Below are positions 53,901 to 62,040 of a stretch of 64,000 nt of DNA, one piece after another. The stretch comes from Phoronis australis (Eukaryota; Animalia; Phoronida): positions 270,782-334,781 of the forward strand of contig NMRA01000479.1 in assembly GCA_002633005.1 (NCBI GenBank). Direction: 5' to 3'. A program made the position numbers and the translations under genes. The notes under the pieces were generated by a model that saw nothing but the letters and a program-made list of their open reading frames with translations, made no database searches and was not told the origin of the DNA. Each line of letters opens with the position of its first letter. The first letter of the stretch is position 1.

Positions 53901-56900
53901 ATGCAAGCTGTCCTGATTAGCCTATTACAATATCTCCAACAATATCATATCACTGCAGCACTGGTCAATCCCGCTGTTTGCGCACAATGTCCTGACAGAC
54001 CGTGACTTGGAAATGCGTCTCTTTTTTATGGTAAGACGGCAAACAAATTCTCCAGCCCTACTATTCTTCCTGGGGCTGAGCAGGCGCGTATGTATGAGTC
54101 ACCTGTCACTCACATATGATGCTGTCAATGTAACAGGCACGCCAGCTATTCAAGTGTGGGAACATACACGTGTGCCACTTCAAAGTCACAAATCAAACGA
54201 GAGTAGCGACAGTGCTAACTGATAACTATATTGGAATGTGTTTATATCCTGTAGTTACATAATATTCTATCCTGTTGTTGTTTATGGTTTACTGGTTCCT
54301 GTTTTGTAGTAGTCAGTACTGTATTAGTCATATATTCCTAGAACCTATTGACTTCCTGTACATTTCTGTATATATTCTATTATTTGTTGATATCAATACA
54401 CTTTTAGTTCGACAGCCAACTGGGCAACTTGTCTTTATCTCCAATGACTTTTCATGGTAGCAGAGCAAGGTTGTGAAAATGTCTTCACAAAGCTTCATGA
54501 ATCCTCCTAAATTCGAGGATGGGAATTACCTGGAGTGGAAACAGGAGATAGAGTTATGGAAGCGGGTAACTGATTTACCAAGGAAAAAACAAGGGCTTGC
54601 AGTAAGTTTGACTCTTACAGGCAGAGCCAGGGAAACTGCACTACAGTTGAGTGCGGATGTTTTAGAGGCCGAGGATGGTCTAAAAACGTTGATTGAACGG
54701 CTAGACACCGTCTACTCTAGAGATAGAAAGAACTATGCATATGAGGTGTACACAAAGTTTGATATGTATCATCGGGAAATGGGACAGGATATTGGTGAGT
54801 TCATCCACATTTTTGACACTGCTTATAAAAAGTGTCAGATGTATGACATGACTTTGCCAGATGCTGTCCTAGCATTCAAATTGCTGGACAGTGCGAACTT
54901 GGAACGGACAGAAAAGCAGATGGCTCTGATTGCTTGTTCTGAGCTTACCTTTAGTGGGATGAAATCCGCACTAAAGAGAATCTTTACTGGGGTTGTAGCT
55001 GGAGACATCAATGAGGGATCTTCCGTCACCGTGAAGGAAGAAGTCCTGTACGGAAAATTTAGGCGACAACCACCCAGACAGGAAGTGAAAGCAACGAACC
55101 CATTGAACAAATATGGACGGAGAACATCCTGCAGGATCTGCAATTCTGTGTTTCACTGGGCTAAAGACTGCCCGGAGAAACAAAATCATGCTGATTGGTC
55201 ACTGGATAACGACATTGTTCTGCTGACAGAAACAAAGAGGGCAGACACAAAAATTGACCTAAAGGAGAGCCGAGTGTCAATGTTTGGTCAAGATGTACCT
55301 AATAAACACACATCATGTGGACATATGTGTGCGAATATCAGCAGTTTACCACAGAAAGAAGAGACTGCAGAGGGTGAGCTTTTCTTCTCGGATGATAAGA
55401 ATTTGACTGTTAGTCAGAAGGCAAAAATGCTTATGAAATTACATTGTCAATTTGGACATGCAACTTGTGATAGAATTAAGCAATTGTTGAAATGTGCAGG
55501 CATCAATGATGAGAATGTGTTTACATTGTTGAATGACATAATCAAGAAATGTGAGACATGTCTAAAATTCAAGAAGCCAAGTCCTAGACCAGCTGTTGGC
55601 TTGCCACTTGCAAGTGATTTCAATCAGACTGTGGCAGTTGATTTGCACCAGTTGGGACCAAATATATGGTATTTACACATCATTGATGAATTCACACGCT
55701 TTAGTTCTGGCTGTATAATGCATTGTAAGAAAGCAAGTGTATTTGTTGACAATTTCATTAAGCATTGGATCTGTATTTTTGGGGCACCTCAACGATTGTT
55801 CAGTGATAATGGAGGAGAATTCAATAATGATGAAGTTAGCGACATGGCTGAGAATTTTAACATAGAAGTGCTGACCACCTCGGCATATTCCCCCTGGTCT
55901 GATGGTACTCTAAAAAGAAACAACATGATGTTGACTGATATTCTGGAAAAATTGAGGTTGGAAAACGGGAGAAATATGTCAGAGGTTGATCCTGCTGTAT
56001 TTTACTAGACGAATGATAGAAATGAGGTCTATGGTATACTCTCAAGTCATGTTGATTTTGTATGGTTAGGTACAGAAGAGTTTGAGACTGTTATTTCCAC
56101 AATTGGATCAAAATTTTAAGGTTGGCAAAGAGAATAGCAATGCATTCAAAACACAGGTGACAATAGGATAACTTTGCATAAGAATAAATGTTCAGATGAT
56201 TTGTTGTAAATTGATGTTAGTGCTAGTAGAGCTAGTGAACAGGATTTTATGTTGACTGAGAATGAGAAGCATGCTCTTAGGTCCAAAGTTGGGCAATTGT
56301 TGTGGGTAACGCACCAAAATTAAACTACAGTTACTGTTTGATGTTTGTGTTGTGGCAAACAGTATTAAATGTTGTACTGTAAAAGACATGCTGATAGTAA
56401 ACTACTAGCTGATTGTTTTACAAAACGTGGAGCATTCTCTCTTGTACTGCGAAAAGTGTTAGAGACAGGCATGTTAGAATTGTAGATAGAACATTAATTG
56501 TATAGGTGTTAGTAAAACTATATTATACAGTTTGTGGTACATGGATTATGGGTTATCTTAAGAAAAAGAAAGAGAGTGGAATTTGATAACTATATTGGAA
56601 TGTGTTTATATCCTGTAGTTACATAATATTCTATCCTGTTGTTGTTTATGGTTTACTGGTTCCTGTTTTGTAGTAGTCAGTACTGTATTAGTCATATATT
56701 CCTAGAACCTATTGACTTCCTGTACATTTCTGTATATATTCTATTATTTGTTGATATCAATACACTTTTAGTTCGACAGCCAACTGGGCAACTTGTCTTT
56801 ATCTCCAATGACTTTTCACTAACTGAGAGAGTATACCTGCCTTCCATTCAGTAACGCTAGGACCTCGCTAAAATGCAAGACTTCACAACATTCTTGACGT

Positions 56901-59057
56901 GTATTTTAAATGAGAACACGTGACTTTGGCTAGATTTTAGCTATGTCCCAGCGTAGGTCTAAGCGTTACTGAATGCACGCCTGCTCGACTCTGTACCAGA
57001 TAAGTGTCAGCGACCCAGGTGTTAATTTACTTGACAATGAACTTAGACCCTCTGGGGTTATAAAAAACCCGTTGTTTTACGATATTCCTCGAGCCCAATG
57101 TTCCTTAGAACCGCGTGGCTTTAGGCTCAATGTTCCTGGCCCGTAGCCACCTTCTAGCGATGTTTTTTATTCTTCTCTGCGTACAACCCCCTCATCGTAG
57201 CGCCAGTTTTCATTCCCCAGGTCACTATTGCACTCATTTACTTTCTTATTACCGCAAACATTCACGTACAGTATTCGTCTATAACACTTTTGATTTTTTA
57301 GGAAATACGGTAAGGCGCCTACTGCTCTACTAAGCTAAGTTTCGAGAAATTTCATTTAAGCACCAGGGCACACAACAAGAACTGCCAGCGACATAAACTG
57401 GTAAAATCAGCTAACACAAAACCTGGCTTGCGTTTTTATTATTTCAAGATCACACACAAATACCCAGTAATGTAGGCAGCAAATTAACCCTGTGAGGCAC
57501 ACTGTCCTTTCCATCGCCACGGCATCCTCGGTAACCCAGCAAAATGCATTTCCAGAAAACTAAGTTGGGGAAATTTCATCAAAATAGGGAGAGCTTGATC
57601 CCTTTCCGTGAGCTATGAGAATTGTTCAAAATCCGAGAGCTTCCCTTCTAAACTGAATTGGGAGTGTTGGCAAAACCACCGTCACATTTCTGTGGCCTGA
57701 TTTTTTCAAATGCATATTTTATCTACTGCACTACAGTGCGGCAGACGACATCTTAAAAAGTGGAGGTTCCGAAGGAAGCGTGGTTCCTGAAGTTTGCGAA
57801 CAAGGGAAGCAAATAAAGTGACAAAGAGTTCAAGTATTATATTTTGAAGTAAATCCATCACCCGTGAAAATATTTTGTTACTTGTTGAAATTATAATTCG
57901 CATTGGCAAATCACTGTCTCGGAGGCCGTTGTTGCACTCGTTGTTATCGTCAATCTCTATCCCTAATAATTCGAACACTCACCTTTCTTCTCTAATAGTT
58001 CATACGGCCATTTTGTCTCTATTAATTCGTAAACGAAGCTATCAAGGGAAAAATTGCTCGTTCACCAGTGTTGGAAGTAATAGAGTGAACACCGTATGCT
58101 TCAGGTAAGATTTTATGCAACTTCCGACATTTAGGGTCCATCCAATATTTAGTTACACTATGTCACAGGCGCTCGAATTTCCGGATGACTCATAAGCATA
58201 TATAAGAAACATAAGGTTGGACACTAAAACTTTGCCGAGCTGAGGCTGCCAATTTCAACTGTCCCAAAACCAAATAAAATCTGCATACATTTCCGTCTGA
58301 CTGGTATTGCATAAACCTCCAAAGCCTTATCTTTCCTTGATCTCATTAAATTATCCCTGTGAGTGGTGAATTGGCGACAGAATTTTCAAAACAATATCAA
58401 AACTCTGAATTCAAGGACCTAGAATAGTTAACATGGCGGATTCCAGTTGTGCTTTAACTTGTACGTCTGTCGAAGATAAAATTTCAAATTTGAGCAAGCA
58501 AGCCCTATGTCAAAATCAAGAATTTTATTATTCCCAATATAAATGATTGAGGTTACTCAAAAACTTTCCACTTATGTGAAATGTGTTTCTTCTTATAGCC
58601 CTTAACTTAGAATTCAATTGCAAAAACCAGCGTAACTTGTGTTTGATCATGACATGTGCTTCTCTTTGTCAAGCACAACAAAAACTCGGTTTTTGGCGTA
58701 GATTTCTGATGTCTGACCGCACATTTACTTTAGTCGCGGTAAATAACCTATCGGCAACTGCCGGATTTCGCAGTAGGCCAGCATTAGTAGCCAGAAATCC
58801 ATGTTATTTCGCTTATAAACAACGATATTTTTCATAACCAGAGTTTAACAACATTCAAACTGATGCTAAATTATGTGGAGTGCACTCAAATAACATTCGT
58901 CATCGTGGGCTCGCGAAAACACATGCTATGACATAGTATGTGTACGACAGGTTTGGCGTCATAGGTTACGAGAATTCCAACGTCAATTGCTCACCTTTCG
59001 ACTCAGATATTCCCTTACAAGAGACGCTGCGATATTTTCTATAAACGTTTTTTCCAT
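8637..59057 (-). CDS. MINDY4: Probable ubiquitin carboxyl-terminal hydrolase MINDY-4 (FAM188B), 17 coding exons, 2367 nt, 788 aa
   Basis: complement(join 59057-58995, 51971-51852, 39473-39262, 38758-38715, 36414-36191, 35353-34860, 32939-32768, 32222-32106, 31645-31560, 31112-31014, 29629-29566, 26869-26733, 16797-16734, 11745-11581, 10859-10679, 9126-9051, 8685-8637). All introns are GT-AG and phases agree. N-terminus [21 protein letters not shown]; catalytic-type motifs YGIIQHKGGPCGV and VCSESHFS; FDLYYFDGL; C-terminus [25 protein letters not shown]. These match MINDY4 as I recall the family. Confidence 0.93.
9051..9126 (-). CDS. MINDY4: MINDY4 coding exon 16
   Basis: [26 protein letters not shown], donor GTAAGT. 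Confidence 0.93.
9407..9847. repeat. 31-bp minisatellite x14
   Basis: Unit AATTTTGTTGAATGCTTACTTGTCAAATTGT, near-identical copies. Confidence 0.97.
9848..10310 (+). mobile_element. Interspersed repeat starting CACTG (intact copy; interrupted copy at 53951-58053)
   Basis: Shares gtatgtatgagtcacctgtcactcacatatg and ttcaagtattatattttgaagtaaatccatcacccg with the second copy. Confidence 0.75.
10357..10638. mobile_element. TIR element (about 50-bp imperfect TIRs) enclosing a tRNA-like module
   Basis: ctaaagtctggtctgcacaccacctgtt vs aacagatggtgcatggaccagacttaag; internal A and B boxes. Confidence 0.7.
10446..10520 (-). pseudogene. tRNA-derived sequence (Pol III A/B boxes), not a functional tRNA
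   Basis: GGTCGCGA TGGCTCAGTGG ... TCTGC-ACGGATA-GCAGA AGGTC CCGGG TTGGAGT CCTGG; T-loop and anticodon loop are non-canonical. Confidence 0.65.
10679..10859 (-). CDS. MINDY4: MINDY4 coding exon 15 (catalytic His motif)
   Basis: [26 protein letters not shown]...[20 protein letters not shown]. Confidence 0.93.
10993..11160. repeat. 58-bp tandem repeat x2.9
   Basis: tgggcacgttatatcagactattgcc at 10993, 11051, 11109. Confidence 0.95.
11581..11745 (-). CDS. MINDY4: MINDY4 coding exon 14
   Basis: [18 protein letters not shown]...[17 protein letters not shown], donor GTAATG. Confidence 0.93.
12181..12315. repeat. 135-bp near-perfect palindrome
   Basis: 67-bp arms, 1-nt spacer at 12248, 4 mismatches. 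Confidence 0.95.
12380..12600. repeat. 43-bp tandem repeat x5
   Basis: gttattgcac at 12380, 12423, 12466, 12509, 12552. Confidence 0.9.
12966..15255. mobile_element. Tc1/mariner-pogo-type MITE, copy 1 (TA TSD)
   Basis: TA-ccgtattcaccctaataactgccca ... tggacagttattagagtgaatacgg-TA; inverted homologue at 40669-42103. Confidence 0.85.
13260..14059 (+). mobile_element. Solo LTR (800 bp), probably Ty3/Gypsy-type
   Basis: TGTAATATA...TATACCACA ends; 4-bp TSD CTTG (13256-59 / 14060-63); absent from the homologous MITE at 40669-42103. Confidence 0.75.
16734..16797 (-). CDS. MINDY4: MINDY4 coding exon 13
   Basis: [21 protein letters not shown], donor GTAAGA. Confidence 0.92.
16881..17223. mobile_element. 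TTAA-flanked MITE (Kolobok-like), about 340 bp
   Basis: ttaaagc...gctttaa ends; ttactctcataa vs ttatgagagtaa inverted match. Confidence 0.6.
18799..18990 (+). pseudogene. THAP zinc-finger remnant of a DNA transposon
   Basis: [16 protein letters not shown] (frameshift in T8 run) [17 protein letters not shown]...HLCVCGQ: C-x4-C, FP-like, W and CxxH-like THAP signature. Confidence 0.7.
19714..19873. repeat. GC-rich 70-bp tandem repeat x2.3
   Basis: tccgagccactggcc at 19714, 19784, 19854. Confidence 0.9.
20667..20785. repeat. 39-bp tandem repeat x3
   Basis: caaattttaaataacgatgttcatataccacttctctat, perfect copies. Confidence 0.95.
20957..22370. mobile_element. Kolobok-type non-autonomous element, copy 2
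   Basis: TTAA TSD on both sides (20953-56, 22371-74); GG...CC ends; TIR ggatatttccaaccttatt / aataaggtttgaaataacc. Confidence 0.85.
22612..22857. repeat. 49-bp tandem repeat x5
   Basis: aaggcatacatgttagaatgcataacatataccagacttgctagtgtgt. Confidence 0.95.
26390..26710. repeat. Compound AGAC/AGAG microsatellite with 18-bp subunits
   Basis: cagagagacacagccaga repeats; begins about 20 bp into the intron after MINDY4 exon 12. Confidence 0.9.
26733..26869 (-). CDS. MINDY4: MINDY4 coding exon 12
   Basis: [45 protein letters not shown], donor GTAAGT. Confidence 0.92.
26980..27042 (-). mobile_element. tRNA-derived SINE head remnant
   Basis: Minus strand ttagcagagc...ggaggttgcaGGTTCAATTCCaccctgag (B box). 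Confidence 0.45.
28241..29112 (-). mobile_element. Degenerate HINE/Helentron-like element (family of 49726-51702)
   Basis: Same end aacaa(a)agcaacgcggagcgttgaaatgcgcccac, gccactag-containing units, and gcgcataaaa at the other end. Confidence 0.75.
29566..29629 (-). CDS. MINDY4: MINDY4 coding exon 11
   Basis: [21 protein letters not shown], donor GTAAG. Confidence 0.9.
30001..30100. repeat. 23/21-bp tandem repeat
   Basis: gcacacaaatggtgtcggtttgt x3 plus variants. Confidence 0.9.
31014..31112 (-). CDS. MINDY4: MINDY4 coding exon 10
   Basis: [32 protein letters not shown]. Confidence 0.9.
31560..31645 (-). CDS. MINDY4: MINDY4 coding exon 9 (catalytic Cys motif)
   Basis: [28 protein letters not shown], donor GTGAGT. 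Confidence 0.93.
32106..32222 (-). CDS. MINDY4: MINDY4 coding exon 8
   Basis: [39 protein letters not shown], donor GTGAG. Confidence 0.92.
32768..32939 (-). CDS. MINDY4: MINDY4 coding exon 7
   Basis: ccttcAG SETVTT...[17 protein letters not shown]. Confidence 0.85.
33060..34745. repeat. Diverged 150-170-bp tandem array (aaaatggccactaggaggtgc units), probable HINE-type element
   Basis: Recurring ggccacta motif; its end (34430-34700) matches 29125-29400. Confidence 0.7.
33965..34225. repeat. 43-bp near-perfect tandem repeat x6 nested in the larger array
   Basis: aatttaatggtgccgtggcattgtcatcactaacctatgtgtc. Confidence 0.95.
34860..35353 (-). CDS. MINDY4: MINDY4 coding exon 6 (low-complexity linker)
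   Basis: ttac[14 protein letters not shown]...[16 protein letters not shown]; open for 494 bp. Confidence 0.85.
36191..36414 (-). CDS. MINDY4: MINDY4 coding exon 5
   Basis: atttc[15 protein letters not shown]...[19 protein letters not shown]. Confidence 0.85.
36623..38062. mobile_element. Kolobok-type non-autonomous element, copy 3
   Basis: TTAA-ggatatctcaaac ... aaataaggtttgagacaact; colinear with copy 2. Confidence 0.8.
38715..38758 (-). CDS. MINDY4: MINDY4 coding exon 4 (44 bp)
   Basis: AG...[14 protein letters not shown]...GTACAT; phase 2 in, phase 1 out, bridging exons 3 and 5. Confidence 0.65.
39262..39473 (-). CDS. MINDY4: MINDY4 coding exon 3
   Basis: tttgt[22 protein letters not shown]...QQKS; weak donor GTTTGT chosen because its phase fits exon 4. 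Confidence 0.75.
40669..42103. mobile_element. Tc1/mariner-pogo-type MITE, copy 2 (TA TSD, 1435 bp)
   Basis: TA-ccatattcgccctaataagcgccca ... gcgcttatcagggttaatacgg-TA. Confidence 0.85.
42206..42620 (+). mobile_element. Second HINE-like family fragment
   Basis: T-run then ttggcggaattc..gaattctgtcaa hairpin, followed by ctacaggtcgca / gtagaggccgca type units. Confidence 0.4.
43671..43736. repeat. 20-bp tandem repeat x3
   Basis: ggaccaggtctagtaggtNa. Confidence 0.9.
46110..46252. mobile_element. Dimeric GC-rich MITE with 5-bp TSD
   Basis: catgggcggcgca...tgcgccacccatg; TSD AAACA; second copy at 52078-52230. Confidence 0.7.
48055..48214. mobile_element. hAT-like MITE with 5-bp TSD
   Basis: caggggg..gatcc ... 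atccgccactg; TSD TGTTC; homologue at 61893-62031. Confidence 0.7.
49726..51702 (-). mobile_element. HINE/DINE-1-like (Helentron-associated) element with internal higher-order tandem array
   Basis: Minus strand: T-run, subTIR ATGCGCCCAC with adjacent inverted copy (hairpin 51668-51697), (GTCC)n microsatellite at about 51610-51652, tandem array, subTIR, stem-loop CAACGCtccGCGTTG, CTCTTGTT end. Confidence 0.85.
51852..51971 (-). CDS. MINDY4: MINDY4 coding exon 2
   Basis: ttttc[47 protein letters not shown]. Confidence 0.9.
52078..52230. mobile_element. Dimeric GC-rich MITE, copy 2
   Basis: cataggcggcgcagcactgaaaaaagtggggg...gccgcccatg, homologous to 46110-46252. Confidence 0.65.
53023..53465. 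repeat. 49-bp tandem repeat x9
   Basis: gttagtgactagctctaaccagcaatgtctactcagtgaatacgcacta. Confidence 0.95.
54220..54454 (+). repeat. 5' LTR
   Basis: TGATAAC...ACTTTTCA, identical to 56584-56818. Confidence 0.95.
54455..54466 (+). promoter_or_regulatory. Primer-binding site (tRNA-iMet complementary)
   Basis: TGGTAGCAGAGC directly after the LTR. Confidence 0.9.
54479..56008 (+). CDS. Gag-integrase fusion ORF of the copia element (protease active site absent)
   Basis: Zinc knuckle [14 protein letters not shown]; integrase HCQFGH..CETC, VAVDL, SDNGGEF; [10 protein letters not shown] where the catalytic E is expected; ends in RT-like VDPAVFY*. Confidence 0.85.
   Translation: MSSQSFMNPPKFEDGNYLEWKQEIELWKRVTDLPRKKQGLAVSLTLTGRARETALQLSADVLEAEDGLKTLIERLDTVYSRDRKNYAYEVYTKFDMYHREMGQDIGEFIHIFDTAYKKCQMYDMTLPDAVLAFKLLDSANLERTEKQMALIACSELTFSGMKSALKRIFTGVVAGDINEGSSVTVKEEVLYGKFRRQPPRQEVKATNPLNKYGRRTSCRICNSVFHWAKDCPEKQNHADWSLDNDIVLLTETKRADTKIDLKESRVSMFGQDVPNKHTSCGHMCANISSLPQKEETAEGELFFSDDKNLTVSQKAKMLMKLHCQFGHATCDRIKQLLKCAGINDENVFTLLNDIIKKCETCLKFKKPSPRPAVGLPLASDFNQTVAVDLHQLGPNIWYLHIIDEFTRFSSGCIMHCKKASVFVDNFIKHWICIFGAPQRLFSDNGGEFNNDEVSDMAENFNIEVLTTSAYSPWSDGTLKRNNMMLTDILEKLRLENGRNMSEVDPAVFY
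56009..56485 (+). pseudogene. Fragmentary RT/RNase H of the copia element
   Basis: [13 protein letters not shown] (HVDD remnant), [22 protein letters not shown]...LETGML*; contains stops and deletions. Confidence 0.8.
56584..56818 (+). repeat. 3' LTR
   Basis: Preceded by a purine tract, followed by TSD CTAAC. Confidence 0.95.
56845..56975. repeat. Small inverted-repeat element
   Basis: cattcagtaacgct / agcgttactgaatg perfect 14-bp IR with extension. Confidence 0.6.
58995..59057 (-). CDS. MINDY4: MINDY4 coding exon 1
   Basis: [21 protein letters not shown], donor GTGAGC. Confidence 0.9.
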
Positions 59058-59183
59058 TTCAGTGTGACTTTAATGCAATATGTACATCACCGTTTCATAA
59101 AATGAAGTTAAGAAAATAAAAAATTCGCAATTTTGTACATAACTCGAGTGTGGCGCGACAATACTAGAAATACTTCTTATTGG

Positions 59184-59584
59184 GTATTGCTGTGCGTGAA
59201 CTTGGAATCCTGCTTAATCTCAAGATCGCGTATGCGTGAACTTGAAATTGAACATATATTTGGGCAATCAGGTGAAATTTTTTGCTCAGTAATAAAGAAT
59301 TTTTGTAATTATTGGACTTATGGTCACTCATTTTCTCCTCTACCGTAACTTGTGTCAAAGAATCGGAGGAGTTTGTGATTGGTTAAAACAATTATTGTTG
59401 AAAAAAGATTAGTTGAATTTTACGTTATCTTATTAACATATAATTTGGTTTAATGTAGTGCAAATTTTTATCAACGTGAACGTGATTATGTGAGTGAACT
59501 TTTCTAGTTTCATTTTGTATTCGAAGTTCACGCATATGCGATCTTGAGATTAAGCCAGATTCCAAGTTCACGCTCAGCACGGTA
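59184..59584. mobile_element. MITE with about 60-bp TIRs just upstream of the MINDY4 ATG
   Basis: gcgtgaacttggaatcctgcttaatctcaagatcgcgtatgcgtgaactt vs aagttcacgcatatgcgatcttgagattaagccagattccaagttcacgc. Confidence 0.8.
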
Positions 59585-61892
59585 CTACTCGCTGGTTCCC
59601 TGCGTGCAGCTATGTGGTTGGTAGCTGGATAGGCACATAGGGAACCAGTGAGTGGCTACCGTTATAGACTGCTGGGCAAAGAAATAATTAAATGCTTCCC
59701 CAAAAATTTCAGGGGTCAGGTTTAAACCGTGGCAACCGAAACGAACGTGGGGCCGGGGACAGTCGAGAAAAGAAAGTCTGTGAAACACGGATAAGAGAAA
59801 GAATTTAAAACATTTAACAACTCCGTATCATGATGGTTTACCTTTTGAGGATCCTGACCACAGAACATTGTCGTTAGGGTCTTAAGGAGCGTACTAATTT
59901 AGGCCTACTGGATTTTTAAATTCAATAAGTCAATTTTGCGAATAAAACTATATTTTCCCAGAGCCCCCTGTCTGGCAAGGGATAACGGAGACATGGTTCA
60001 TTTTATTTTTTCTCTTTGGAAACATATCACTTGAGACAAATTGATGACCTGAAAGATAACCATTATGGCGTTTTAGGCTACCGTTGCTCCCAACTTGTTC
60101 AATTCTACTGATAGCCCAACAACAAGTTGGGAAGAACACCTTGTGGCCAATATCTTACACGACTGTCTGGCATTCATGGTTGGAGGGCCAGCTCTCATTT
60201 GTTCGACAATTGCTCTTATCTCGAGTATAGGCCTATAGTAACCTCATTACCTCTATTTTCCTGTTTTTTGTGAAATCGTGCAACTCGCTTTCATGTTGAA
60301 GGAGGTCACTTCCTACATCGTTTTGGCCGGGACCACACGACGGTGGAATGAACTGTCACTCTTTTTTCCAAGCTTAATGTGTTTAGCCTTTCATCTTAAG
60401 GCGTCCCATTTCAGACGGGACCCTCCCTCTCGGTGGAGCAGTTCGGGGGAAATGTCCCTTTGTAAATTCGACACTGCCAAGTATTCACGAGGGAAGTTGA
60501 GATTCCAAATTAATCAAAACACAAGACTTTCGTGCACAGCACAGCAGTATCAAGACATTCGACCAAACAACCAAAAATGTGAAAAAATACAATAGGATTG
60601 ACCGCCATCGAAAGGGTGAAATTTTGAAGAGGGTGAAGACCACTATTTGTGAATTACACAAAAGGACTATTTCCGATGGTTAGTTATAGAATAATGTTAC
60701 TGTTTTCCACAGTATCACAAGAATAGTATCTCTTTTGAAGATGGTTACTATATGTTGTTTGTAAGGAATTCCCACATGTAGAAAATTTCAGAGTTTTTTG
60801 TCAGTGGACTTCAAGTTTCCCTCGTGGTCGTTATAGGTACCTCAGCAATGAACAAAAATACACCTTAATACGAATGGCCCATCTCCCACTTTACTCCGGT
60901 TACCCGTCAAAAGTCTGCGAGCATGCATGCGGAAATTGCTTATAACATTCCCTTTTGGTAAACAAATTACTTGGTTTCTGATTTACTTGTTTATGTATGT
61001 ACGAAAATTGACAGATTTACAGATGATTAGTTGACAATTAAAAGCTGGTCTTGTAAGAATTGATGAAGTTTCAGTGAATTTAACTGCAGCTTGAGGTTGG
61101 ACTGAAAAACTACAATCCGATCCCCAAATAGTAAAGTACAGCACTTAGACAATTTTTGTATATCTAAAATAACTTTCAAAGATATTGATGAAATTCGTTG
61201 ATCGAAAAAACGTTTTGAAAGTCCTTAAACTAATAAAGTTAAACTCATTGCTTGGAAAAGTTGTCTTTGCACTTCCTTGGTGTTTTTAGTTTCCAGTAGT
61301 ATTAAGCAAAAAAAAAATTTGTTCTTCAAAATTGAATTGTTTGCTTGCCCTTATTCCCGTGCACCTCATGACTGACGCACCCACGTTAAAAATAAGATGT
61401 AACCATGAAGTAGGCCCTCGCAGAATCTGTGATCAACGGGATTTGAACCCCAGGCGTGGAAGTGTATACATTTTAGGACACACTCTGTATCATTTAACCC
61501 AATCATCAGAAACTGGACTACCGGTCGTGTTTCAACGAGGGATTTTGAAACAGCCCCAAAAATGCCCCTATGCCAGGAACTCCGGGACCTCATCTTTTAA
61601 AAAAACTCCTTCAAAGAATGACCATAATAAAATAAACTTTCCCAAAAGTGGATCTCAATAAAACGAATCTTGATCATAGAGGAGCGCAGACGGTCGGCAC
61701 GAGCTGCCTTCCTCGAGTGAATCATAACTGAGCTGACCAGCAACTAGCTTTTAGTTCATCGGGACTGTTAGATATCAACTAATGCTACTTGAGGTAGTTC
61801 CTCGCTACCCATCAGTGTCCTAGGCCCATTCTTACTCTCCATGTTGGTTCACGGTTACTCAACTCTTGATGGCTGCATCCTCGGTAATGTCC

Positions 61893-62031
61893 CAGGGGCG
61901 GATCCACGATTTTAAGTTGGAGAGGGCAGGGCAAAATATTAACCACCCCCGTAAGTGGTTTGCACCCCCGAACTGCCAAATGGAATGTGGGAGAATTTTA
62001 GGTGGCCCATGGCCTCCTAAATCCACCACTG
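61893..62031. mobile_element. hAT-like MITE (family of 48055-48214)
   Basis: caggggcggatcc...atccaccactg; shared gaactgccaaatggaat; flanks TGTCC/TGCCC. Confidence 0.65.
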
Positions 62032-62040
62032 TGCCCCCAA

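Larger units (their letters stand above)
54220..56818 (+). mobile_element. Ty1/copia GalEa-clade LTR retrotransposon, internally deleted (2599 bp)
   Basis: 235-bp TG...CA LTRs identical by eye; 5-bp TSD CTAAC; PBS TGGTAGCAGAGC; PPT about 56560-56580; gag-INT-RT-RH order. Confidence 0.93.

Noticed and set aside
61425-61500. tRNA-like B box (GGTTCAAATCC on the minus strand)
   Set aside because: Too degraded to define an element; no clear A box
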